NCBI GenBank assembly: GCA_002104905.1
Contig: MCFE01000441.1
Location: forward strand, 1 to 64,000
Reading direction: 5' to 3'
DNA: 64,000 nt
Source: Basidiobolus meristosporus CBS 931.73
Taxonomy: Eukaryota; Fungi; Basidiobolomycota
The notes under the pieces: model-generated
Databases searched by the model: none
What the model saw: only the letters and a program-made list of their open reading frames with translations
What the model was told of the DNA's origin: nothing
Part shown: piece after piece, positions 23,869-35,200 of the stretch
Numbering within the stretch: position 1 is the first letter of the stretch
Layout of the letters: each line of letters begins with the position of its first letter
Translations under genes and position numbers: made by a program

Positions 23869-24801
23869 TCAATGCTCTGGAGGACCGAAGACCACTCTGC
23901 ATTCATTGCCCATTAGATAGTGTCGTTTCAGACCATCACCCCTGGCAAAGCTCTTACGACATGTCGTACACAGATACGGCTTCTCCCCCGTATGAATACG
24001 AAAGTGTCGTTGTAAATCGTGCTTTCGAGAAAACGATCGTGTGCATTTTTGGCACTTGTATGGACGGGTATCTGAATGGGTTTTCAGGTGAGTTTTCAGT
24101 GTACTCTGCCGATGAAAGGTTCGTGTACACATAGGGAACTCACATTTGAATACAAATTGGCCATTCGCCCTTTTGGTCTTGGGAAAGTCGGTGTTATCTG
24201 GAAATTGGACATAGGCGACTTTCTTCTCTTGACTACAGCGGGGTTGGTATACTAGTTGTGCATTAAATAGCGATCCAGATAGATCCCCCGACCCAGTTGA
24301 TGTTGGTATTTGTGGAATATCGTTGACCACTGAGTTTTCTAATATGTACAATGCAGCATCGTCTAGGAGCCTTGCTGGTAAAAGTGTAGGGTCCAGAAGG
24401 GCCATTTCAGCATTAATGTCATAACCATCCAAGTAAGTGATTGGATGGCCAATTGAGTACAACGGAGCTTCAGTGGATAAGTACGGACTGCCAACAAATT
24501 TGTCACATTGATATGGGTCTCCTAGAGGACGAAATGAATTACTGCTCTCCGTAGGCGGGTAAATAGACATCGAAGTTGTAGGTTGTGTTGGTGACACACT
24601 GTCAAATGTAAAGATCGAAGGTAAAGAGGAGAAATCATCTGGAGGATCCTGTGACTTGTCGCTTGCTATGAAGTTTGGATGCGTGGTGTTATCTTGTAAG
24701 GCTACCGGAAAGTGGGAAAGAAAATGCTTGCTCGTGTCTTGGATTCCCTCACTCTCTATATTGGTCGCTAAGAAGGAAATACTATCTGCGTAGTAATCCA
24801 T
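23869..24801 (-). CDS. C2H2 zinc-finger transcription factor (3 C-terminal fingers)
   Basis: FKCEFPMCTRTFHRQSTLKTHLKTH, YKCQKCTRSFSRKHDLQRHFRIHTGEKPY. Start placed at MDYY, downstream of a TATAAA at ~24855. Confidence 0.85.
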   Translation of the reverse strand: MDYYADSISFLATNIESEGIQDTSKHFLSHFPVALQDNTTHPNFIASDKSQDPPDDFSSLPSIFTFDSVSPTQPTTSMSIYPPTESSNSFRPLGDPYQCDKFVGSPYLSTEAPLYSIGHPITYLDGYDINAEMALLDPTLLPARLLDDAALYILENSVVNDIPQIPTSTGSGDLSGSLFNAQLVYQPRCSQEKKVAYVQFPDNTDFPKTKRANGQFVFKCEFPMCTRTFHRQSTLKTHLKTHSDTRPYKCQKCTRSFSRKHDLQRHFRIHTGEKPYLCTTCRKSFARGDGLKRHYLMGNECRVVFGPPEH

Positions 24802-25194
24802 AAAGAGTATACTAGGGTAAGATGTTTGTGAACCAGTGTCGAGAATAGCCGCTTTATATGGAATCCATGGCATGTCTGTGTACCAAAGGCTTATACTGAA
24901 TTTGAAATGATTAAGCTTCATTCGTCAAATTCATGTGCTCTTTGTTTGAATGGTAATGCACACACACTTTAGTAACACCGGTTGCCATTTGATCGAGATT
25001 CCTCGATTTCCCCTCAAACCAGCAGATCCGTCGCATGCCTCCAATGGCCGTAGAAACTATCGTGCGAGGGAGTTTTCTTGGCAGTGATACCCACTCGCAC
25101 GAAAGAACTTCCATCCGAAGTGGGTTGGGAAATTGCTTTGATAGAATCCATTTTACTCTTTTATGTATAATGCTACAACAGGCTTGAATTGCAC

Positions 25195-26079
25195 TTAGAC
25201 ATCGACTAAAGCGATCTCGCGTTCCACATGTCTACCGTATATCACAAACAATCCGAGTTGCAATCCTGTTAGCAGTGTCCCAAGTGAATTGGGAATGATT
25301 ATAAAATAATTTACAAGAACAGATCCATACGTAAGCCATAGGATGCAGTTGACAAATGAAGTTGCAGATAACGGAAGTGATAGCGATATGGTGGACTTGG
25401 TTCTGATAACCTCAAACTAGAAGCAAGTATTTGGTTACAATGGTCCTTAGATGAAAAAACTCATTTAGGAACCTACCACAGTTACCAGAGGCGCTGCGTA
25501 CATACAAACTGAAGCACAGGAGGAGCATAACCCCAGAATATATGTAACATTGTCCGAGGCTAAACTCTTGATTAAAACTAAGCCGCTGAAAAGGAGTATG
25601 GCTATGAGGATAAGTGTTTTTCCGAGTTTTCCCTGAAAACCAGTATTGTCAGCACACACCATGGATGTCGAACTTGGTAGGTAAAGCAAAAATACCTTCT
25701 CTTTGGCATAATGGTAGTATACAAGAATACACATGCCTGAGGTTGAGATGCCGACAGTGCTAACAAGGGTAAGAACTACATCTCCTATTAATATACCATA
25801 TTGTAGCCATAATAGAGAGCTACTCACGTTAGTAAGAAATTCAAAAGGATAGTTAAAGTGTATAATACCTGACAAAGGTCGAAATAAAGGGGTACACTGA
25901 TACTGAGCCAGTTTTCTTTTCTTTCACAAATCGCCAACAAAGGGATCTAAAAGATTTATAGACGCTTGTGTTAGGATCAGGCCATTTCACGGTTGTATTT
26001 TGATACAGGGGATTTACAGGCTTGAAAAGAACATGGCAAGATTGAAAACGGTGGTTAGGAAGGACAGGATTAGCAGCAT
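25195..26079 (-). CDS. SWEET (MtN3/saliva) sugar transporter, multi-exon
   Basis: KKTGSVSVYPFIST..S.LLWLQYGILIGD; MYAAPL; VIRTKSTISLSLPLS...ILWLTYG...IIPNSLG. Confidence 0.9.
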
Positions 26080-26340
26080 TTTGATACCACAGTTAGATTT
26101 ACAGGTGCTAAGTTGACAAGAAGATACTTCATAGCCCAAGTTAGCAAAGCCATTGACACGATAGGAAGAAACCAAGTTTGGAAATAGCAGTAATCATTAT
26201 GTCATTCAACATGTATCAGTATTAGATAGGCAAAAGCGTGCCTAGCCTCTGATTCCAGGTAATGATAATCTCGCTTCCATTGATATATCTTCATCGGTCT
26301 TAAAAACTGACCGTAAGAATTGACCAGTTGAATCGTAACA

Positions 26341-27369
26341 ATGGCCTCACCCAAGTTGCGAACTGCGGTTGACCATATCCTTCGTCATCTGCCCAAACCC
26401 GGAAACCACAAGCAATTACCCTTGGTTGTTGGATTGTGCGGGCCACAGGGAAGTGGTGTGTATACTTAGGCTGCATTTTCTCTGCACTTCTCCAATATAA
26501 CCAGTCTTTTCACCCGTTCAATAGGAAAAACCACGTTGACGCGTCAACTGGTCACTACTCTTCAAGGCTCACCATACAACCTCAATGTGGTTTCCTTTTC
26601 AGTTGACGATCTGTACCTACCGTTCGAGCGTCAATGTGAGGTAGCTTCCAGCAATCCCAAAAACCGACTTCTTCAGTATCGTGGTAACGCAGGAACACAC
26701 GATCTTGATCTTGGCCAACTCACATTCGAAAGACTGCTCAAGTCTCACGATCAGTACGTTCGAAAGCACATTGCGGATCCAGTTCCCATTCCCCAATATA
26801 ACAAAGCCTCCCGCAATGGGCGAGGGGATCAAGAACCCTTGAGCAATTGGCCGAAGGTATCCCCGCCTTACGACATTATCCTGTTTGAGGGTTGGATGCT
26901 AGGCTTCAAGGCACTACCTGAACAAGAGCTTCGGAACATTTATGCGCGGTCACCGGCGAACTCGCATGTTCGAAAATTTAATATTGAAGAAATAATTCCA
27001 GTGAATGATTATCTGAGATCATGGAGCCTACAAGTCTATTCCTATCTTGATGTCTTCATTCACATCGATACCGAGGATATCGATTTTGTGTACGACTGGA
27101 GATGGGAGCAAGAAGAGCATATGAGAAGCGTGGCCAACAATCGAAACATCGGTCTGACTAGCGAAGAAGTGAAAGATTTTGTGGATAGATTCATGCCAGC
27201 ATACGAGCTGTACCTACCCAGGTTGCGAAATACCAATCTGTTTGTCGATTTGCCTGAACCCAACCGCTCCATCAAAACACAGCCATGGGGTAGGCATTTG
27301 AGGCTGCTAATCGACAAAAACAGAAACATGCTAAGCAGCACCTTAGTGGACGGGAAGAGCAACCTGTAA
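26341..27369 (+). CDS. TDA10: P-loop kinase, D-glycerate 3-kinase/Tda10-like
   Basis: GLCGPQGSG|KTT Walker A across an intron; SVDDLYL, YRGNAGTHD, IILFEGWMLGF, VYDWRWEQE, FVDRFMPAY. Confidence 0.9.
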
Positions 27370-28380
27370 TCGAATGGATACCAAAATAAACACTCTGCTG
27401 CACAGGTGGAACAAAAAGCCCTTAAACAGTAGTATGCAAGCAACCATGTCATCCAGACTTGTAGCGGATCCGAACGAAATCACATACCTATGTCATAATG
27501 TGCAAGACCAACCGCTATCTTGCTTTGGATGTTGGGATTGCAACAAGCTTGACTTCATGCCACAAGACATATATCGGGGATTATTCTCCGCATTCAGGGT
27601 CGAAAACCTGTATCCCGAAAGATCTCTGAATCGTCGATCAAGCATTCAGTCAGAATTCTAACGGCAACACTGATTGCCCCTCCTTTTATCACTGAGTTTG
27701 AACGTCGTGTGATTGGTTTGTTTGTTAATTGGTTCCAGATACAGCGCTTAGGCCAAGCCTAGGCCTCGCCTCTGCAAGGCTCAGTAGCATTGCAGAAGGC
27801 ATACACCATACAAATCCAGGACATGTATTCTTCGGCTGACCCACGCGCAATCTCCAGTGCCCAAGGCATCAGCGTAAGAGTGGAATGAGGAAATGGCTAT
27901 GCACTTGGGAATATGGATTGTATGTAAGAGGAGGGGACATGAATCTTATGTATGAGTAGGGAATATGGATTGTACGTATGAGGAGGGAGCATGAGGAAGG
28001 AATATGATTTGAAAGCTTTGGAAGGAAGAAATGACTATTCACTTGGGAATATGAAACGTATATATTGGATATAACTTGTATGGATCGCGGAGGCTTCCTC
28101 GTTTAACCATATCAGTTCATCCATCGGTCGATTCAAAGGAGTCTGAGAAAAATATATAGTTATAATTATCAGGATTGGACAAACATGAGATGCAAAGATC
28201 AAGCAGGCCAAAAATGGGGATTTATGGGGAGGCACCGATAGTGCTTTGGCTAAGGAAACACTGGGGAAACATGCACTATGCAGACAAGTGGTTTAGAACA
28301 ACTTGGAAAGACACTGGGTGGTTGGTGAATATAAAAGTGGCTTCAAGTACGTTTTCATCCCATCAATTTTAGACTCAATC

Positions 28381-29163
28381 ATGGACAACCCACTCATCCC
28401 CTCCACATACATTTCCAAAAAGCGTAAATACTCCGCCGAGTATAGTGACTCCTACTTTCTCGACACCACCTCGCTCATCCCCACTCCCCCACTCACCCCA
28501 ACTGACATCCCGAGCAATTTACCTGAGCTAGAGGAAGACTTTGGTAGATTTCCATGCCAAACACCAATAGAGCCTATCTTCCACATGTCCGATTTACTTG
28601 CAAATCACTCTACTCTTGTGGCAAATCCTTTAGAATATGGCCTTTTTGGAGCTCCTGACGAATTTCCAAGCGGTGACCTGGCACTCTTAGAAAACCCAGA
28701 TTCTTCCTTCCCTAGCAATGATCAAGGGTGGGTGGCATTTCCATATCAGGCTGACCTGGCGCAAGCTCTACAACATCACTTGGCTTCACCACACCACATT
28801 TTTTCTGAATCTCCCTTGGCATACTACCCAGTAAGTTATCTGTATCATCAGCAAGGTCTGTATATGCCAAGCCAGCCCTCCACTCCCAGCCCATACATGG
28901 GATACTCTGGAAACAAGGATGAGGACTACTTTCGCCCAAGCCCTTCTCGCCCATACCAGTGCGGCTATTGCTCAAGGTCTTTCGCACGCAAACACGATCT
29001 CAGACGCCACACCCGCGTTCACACCGGCGACCGTCCATATAAGTGCCGTAGCTGCGGCAAAGCGTTTTCTAGAATAGACGCACTTAAAAGACACTTGCGA
29101 ATGGAAGTCAAATGCTTCAAGGTTCTGGAAAAGTCCGAATATTATCCAAACTCGTGTTCGTGA
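28381..29163 (+). CDS. C2H2 zinc-finger transcription factor (2 fingers)
   Basis: YQCGYCSRSFARKHDLRRHTRVHTGDRPYKCRSCGKAFSRIDALKRH; TATAAAA at ~28330. Confidence 0.85.
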   Translation: MDNPLIPSTYISKKRKYSAEYSDSYFLDTTSLIPTPPLTPTDIPSNLPELEEDFGRFPCQTPIEPIFHMSDLLANHSTLVANPLEYGLFGAPDEFPSGDLALLENPDSSFPSNDQGWVAFPYQADLAQALQHHLASPHHIFSESPLAYYPVSYLYHQQGLYMPSQPSTPSPYMGYSGNKDEDYFRPSPSRPYQCGYCSRSFARKHDLRRHTRVHTGDRPYKCRSCGKAFSRIDALKRHLRMEVKCFKVLEKSEYYPNSCS

Positions 29164-29891
29164 TGGAATCCATCGGTCGAACCTCCACAATTACTTAGAA
29201 TAGACGAACCGATGTAACTAATATTTTAGAGATTTTGTATTATTATTAATTACCGTTGTATAATAGACCCCGTCCCAACAGCAAATAAACGGCTTCCTGA
29301 TGTGGCAAATATCGAGTTTTGCAACGCTGCATTTGGCCTGAGCGGCTGATTATCGAAGTGGCACTAGCATCAGTCTATCACAACATACGAGTTGTTGTAA
29401 GAATTGGATCACAAAAGGGGTCCGTAAGAGCTTCTCTACATGATACTGCCAATCTCTAATTTATGTAGGGGGATGGAATCGCGCAACTGGATAATGTATT
29501 TTGTGCCTCTCCTTGACAGCATTGGGAAATACCAGGGTTGAATGTTCCACCCCCCAAGACTAGAATATAGCGATCGTGGAATGCTGCTAGTACTAGTGAG
29601 TTCGAAGTATTATCCCGAATCATCGTAACATTTGCGTCAAAAGCTCCTAACATTCGGTTTATGTTAGGAACGAACATCCAAACACAATGAGCACGATGCA
29701 AGCGCCTTCCGTTGAAAAGTAATTGGTTGCGGATTTCGTTGCTTTCTTGAACAATGACAAAGCGATGCAGGAGAGCGTCGCATCTTATTTCGTGCGTTCA
29801 ACCTCGGCGAATGCCAAACCTTATTTGGATGGATATATATATACAGCCCTGTTGGCACTACTGTCACGGGTAAATTAAAGCACTAGCAAAT

Positions 29892-30573
29892 ATGACGTTT
29901 AATCACAAAATAGTAACTCTGCTCCTGTTGCCATTATTGGTATACTCCCACATGGAAATGAAATCCCCACCTGCCAGACATTCAGTCTTCAGCAAATATT
30001 ACCGCGACCATGACCCAGATTGGGACATCACATCACCACTGGGTGGTAAACGGGTATGTTCAACCAACATATTCGCCACAATCACACTAGCTTCTAACAT
30101 GCAATCAGACATATCCCTGTCAAGGTTACAAGAAGGGGCCCATCCAAGGTACTTACAAAGCCGGACAATCCATCCCTATCGAAATCGTTGGTCCAAATAC
30201 CCACAAAGGCGGGCACTGTCAATTTAGCATATCATTTGACGACAAGAAATTCGTGGTGATCAAGGATGTGATGCACACCTGCTTGACAAAGAGCGGAACC
30301 AAATTCTCCATCAAGTTGCCCTCCTCGAGCCCCAACAGCAACAACGCCACACTAGCATGGTCGTGGATTAACGCCGAGGGGAATCGTGAGTATTATATGA
30401 ATTGTGCCGATATCCGGATCACTGGTGGAAAGAAAGATGGCTATATCAAAGGACCCGAGCTCCTGGTTGCCAACTACAAAGGCTACCCAACAGTCGGCGA
30501 ATTCTACTTCGAATGGGAAGATGACGGCCAAGATAAATTCGACAAGCGGCGAATCATAACCATCCGTGCGTAG
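29892..30573 (+). CDS. Secreted AA11-like lytic polysaccharide monooxygenase (His-brace)
   Basis: Signal peptide ending VYS followed by HMEMKSPP; YPCQG, HKGGHCQFSISFD, LAWSWINAEGNREYYMNCADI; one intron. Confidence 0.8.
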
Positions 30574-30800
30574 AGCATTCAACCTGCAGAAGCCGAATCA
30601 CCCGGATACCCATCGGCTTCTATCATTTTGCTGGCAATGACCATGATTAACAAATATATTGCACTGGATAGTCTCCATTCCTCATAATCAACACCTCCCC
30701 TAGTAAAGAGAAATAAAGTTATGGCTAAAAAGATTTATTGTCGAGTTCACTTGGCAAGCTCTAGGGGAATCTAGTGAAACCAAATAGAGATAGCACAAAC

Positions 30801-31340
30801 TTACAAACGACGACCACGACGACCACCCTTTCTACGAGTACTGTCAGTGGGGATAGGAGTAACATCCTCAATACGGCCGATTCTCATACCAGCTCTGGCC
30901 AAGGCACGAAGAGCCGATTGAGCACCAGGACCAGGGGTCTTAGGGCCGTTACCACCAGTAGCACGAATCTTAATGTGAAGGGCAGTGATGCCAAGCTCCT
31001 TGCAGCGCACAGCAACATCTTGAGCGGCCAACATGGCAGCGTAAGGGGAGGATTCGTCACGATCAGCCTTCACCTTCATACCACCAGTGACACGGACCAT
31101 AGTTTCACGACCAGTCAAATCAGTAACATGAACAAAGGTATCGTTGAAAGAAGCGAAGATGTGAGCAACACCGAAGACGAGTTCACCTTCGCGAACTTGA
31201 GGACCAAGGGAAATTGGTTCCTGGGTTTTCTGTACTTTTCCGGCTTTCTTAGACTAAACATTACAAATAGATTGAATACGTTGTCGAAAAGCGTTGTCAG
31301 GCGGAAAACCTTTCTCTGTTCTATGCGTACTACTTACCAT
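30801..31340 (-). CDS. RPS14: 40S ribosomal protein S14 (uS11); ATG-only first exon
   Basis: [63 protein letters not shown]. Confidence 0.97.
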
Positions 31341-32221
31341 GATTAGATGGATGCCAACCTGTCAGCAATATGGATAAGGAAGGGGAACCAAAAGGTGCAA
31401 GAAGGAGCCCGAACCTCTGTGTAAATTTGGTAATTAAGATTACCCTCACTTAACGTCCCCCAAAATATAGGGATCTCTTGCTATTATATCCTTCTCAATG
31501 ACAACCGACTGCCTATATCTGATTGGACCACCAGAAATATTCAACGGGTATACGTATTAATAATGCAACACAGTAACATAGAAAAAGATCGCTCCTCTTC
31601 AACAATTGGTGGGCTAAAGTGAGGATAAGAGAACATATTCACGAAGCAGCTGTGAATGTATTCTGAAGCTCAGCTTCAACCTAGCGTTTGCATACGTATA
31701 TATAGCGATCTGTATGGCCAATCAACGCGCGATATAGTTTCTCCTTTGAAGCAGATATCAACACTCTGGTGAGGTAAGCTTGAATCAATGCAAATTTTTG
31801 GTTAAGAAACAATAAATTTCAGGAAATCTGGCTATTTTTAACCAATAATATACCGGGTTTTGTCACATATTAGGGCGTACTCTAATGCATTAGAATCGTT
31901 GAATGGCGTGGTGCCATTAAGACTTCAGGATTGCTTCCCCACTTAGAAATCCAAAAAATTCTATAACTACTTTTCTAACGCGTGGAGATAAAGTTACGCT
32001 GTAACGATCTTGGCATCGCCGACCGCTTTAAACGCTTCAAAACTATCAAACGCGAACGTCAGATATATTTCTAGCGATCTACCAACCTAGTTCGGTCGAC
32101 TTCATACCGCTAGTCTAGAATATTTTATTCTATATATTTCCCGTCACTCATTCAATTCCGACCCGAGTGATCTACAACCTATACTACCAAAGGAGACTTT
32201 GTTTGGCGATTGGATCCAAGC

Positions 32222-35200
32222 ATGTCGACCTCACAGCCTCCTACTAATCCGAATACAGAGAGCCTTGGAATGCTTGTCGACCCAGCTTACGAGCGAACTT
32301 TGCAAAATCGTGTTAAAGATTTACTCGGCTGGCGACATGATAAGTAGGTTTTTTCCTTTTGGCTCAAGACAGAGTCGGTTTTCTCAACTTTCTTGCTGGA
32401 AACAGTTTCCCTGGCAGTCAAGCATCTTACTTCGAAACTGCTCACCTAGAATATCTTAAAAGCGAAGATTACTTCGTATGTGAGCAAAACGACGGAATTC
32501 GTTGTCTTTTATTTACAACAATCACACCCAAGGGCCCTGCTACCTTTGTGGTAAGTCCAAAGCCAAACTATACTTCATTATTGTCATCAATCGTCCAATT
32601 GGAATTCATTTCTTTATTCCTCCGAAGATCGATAGCAAGAATAGTTTCAGGTATTTGTCTGCAGGCTTGCCTGTCAGAGATCAGCCCACTTTTCAGCATG
32701 AAACTTTATTAGATGGGGAACTGGTGATTGAAAAATCTGGTGATCAGGTTTGCCGTATATTCATTCTCCTTGTTACCATATTTTTATTCACCTTGTCTTG
32801 TTATCTAGAAGCTCTACCGATACCTCATTTGTGATCTAATAGTCCTCAATAAGGTTTTAGTTGCGCACAAATCTTTCAACAACAGGCTTGGGGTATATCT
32901 ACATTATGCTCTTCTATTTTAATTATATACTAATATTATCGAAAAGATGCTCAACCAAGAGGTGATACTCCCCTTCAATCGGATGATAAGTAACGACCCA
33001 AGTAAACGGCCACCATTCAAGTGAGAAGATCAACCTCGAGCATTTTTAATGTGCAAGTTCTGATTTCCATTTTGATTAGACTGGAGCTAAAGAAGATGGA
33101 GCGATCATATGGCCTCAAGGTTGTATTAGAGCACAAAAATAATGGGCTTCTGTTCACACCAGTTCGATCTCCATATACTTGTGGTCTGTCTCGGAAGCTG
33201 TGAGTATACCTACAAGGAGATAATGCGCCAATGACCCGTACTAATCAGATGTCCTATTAAAGTCTCAAGTGGAAAAACCCTCTATCTTACACGGCAGATC
33301 TCAAAATCAAAGTGACATACAACGTTGACCGGAAGCCAATTTATTCAGTATTAGCGACGTGTAATTTGAATCACAAATTCTTGGATCACTTGCAGCTTGA
33401 ACCTAGCTTGTTCACTGAGTATGTCACATGTTCTTATATATTAATGTTGATGTATTCATATTGATAATGTTTAGATGGCGCTCCTCACCTCCAGATGGAC
33501 GGATCGCAGAGTTTAGGTATGACTCGACGTTACTTGCGTACATAACTTTCATTTGATGCTTACATATGAATGTAATGTTAATTTAGGTGGGACTCACAAT
33601 GGCCAGTGACTATTTTTGAGAAGGGCTACGCACCAAAAACTCAGAAAGGCGGTTGGAGGTAATACCTCATGGGTATAATGCGAGTTTAGGTCATTAACCC
33701 GATTCTAGATTTGTCCGTTTCCGAGACGACAAAGATACTGCGAACGAGGAGGAATTCGCCAAATTGGTTAGAGAAGGGATGCCAAACGCCGTACCAAGAG
33801 ACGTGGTTTGTATAAAGATAGCATAAGCTTTTTTGAAATGATACTAAACGGAAAACGTCAAAAGCTCGAAAAACAGGTCGAGGAGATCCGTAGTAATTGG
33901 AAAATCCGCGAAAAATCTGGTATGCATCCGCCTAGCGGGCAGAGTGGAAGTTCGCACAGCCAACAAGCTTTACACGGATCCCACGAACGACGCCCTTCTT
34001 CAGATATTCCTGGTAACATTCCAAGAGAGTCCCCCTTACCTTCACCTCGACACGATCAGGGATTCAATCGTAGAAAAGGTTCTCATGATTCATCGCGAAA
34101 AGGATCTCAAGACTCGGTCAGTCGAAAAGGTTCACAAGACGAAACGGCTAAGAAAAGCTCGCCTCCTGAGGATCTTAATACTGGTGACAATGTAGCCCCA
34201 TCGGGCTCTTCAGGCATCCCACCGGAGTCTCTAAAGCCAGAGAAATCTCCTACCAAACTTGTATTTCCCACATCTACGGAAGTTTCTCATACGCAAAGTG
34301 AGACCAAAAGCCCTAACGACGTCCAATTAGATCAACCAAGCGCTGATCTTCCGCCACAGCAAGGTGAAAAATCTTCTCAGTTGCTGCCTAAAGCTCCAAC
34401 ACCCGGTTCAGAAGCTCATTTGGAAGAGCAAAACGAGAAAGAATCATCGACTCTAGCCACTGATATTGTAACCCAAAATCCAGATACGAATGCTACGATA
34501 CAGCAAAGTCAAGATGCCGAGGTTACGAAAAAACCATCATCACCTGAAGTAAGTACGCAATTCTGTGCGCATAATCTTGCATACAATCATTTAAAGCGTA
34601 TTTTTTTTTAAATTTAAGCCATCCGCGTCCAATTCTGAGGTTGTTCCGCCACAGGGCATTAGTAAAAAAGAGGACGAGGCAATAATTCAAAGTTCTGACG
34701 ACAAAGAGCTTAAGCCTGCCAAAATTGAGGATGATTCGTCCCCTCAACTTCAATCCGATTCAGTCTTGAAGCCGACTGAGAGCAATACGCTGGGTAAAGA
34801 CAACTCTAGCCAGGAAGTTGCATCAAATGACAAGTAAGTTGCCGAACATTCTTATACAACATTCTTTTTGGATTCATATATTTATTAACCCATTGCAGAC
34901 AACTAGCCCCTTTGGTAGTACGGCCCGAGAGTTCTGATAGCGTCACTGCACCTACAAAGGTGCAAAACCTAAATGCAGAGTCTACAGCTGTTGTTGAGAC
35001 TATTTCAGCTACTGCGGAGAAAGATGCTTTCGAGGTGCTAGCAAGCAATCCAGAGCATCTTAAAGCCGTCCACGCAGTCGAGGCAAACGGTAATAATCAC
35101 TTACCTGAAGTTACAGGTATTGCCGTTAAAAGGAAAAGCCTGGGAAACGAGAATCAGAATGAGCCACAAAAGTAATTGCCCATGAGATGATGCACAAGTA

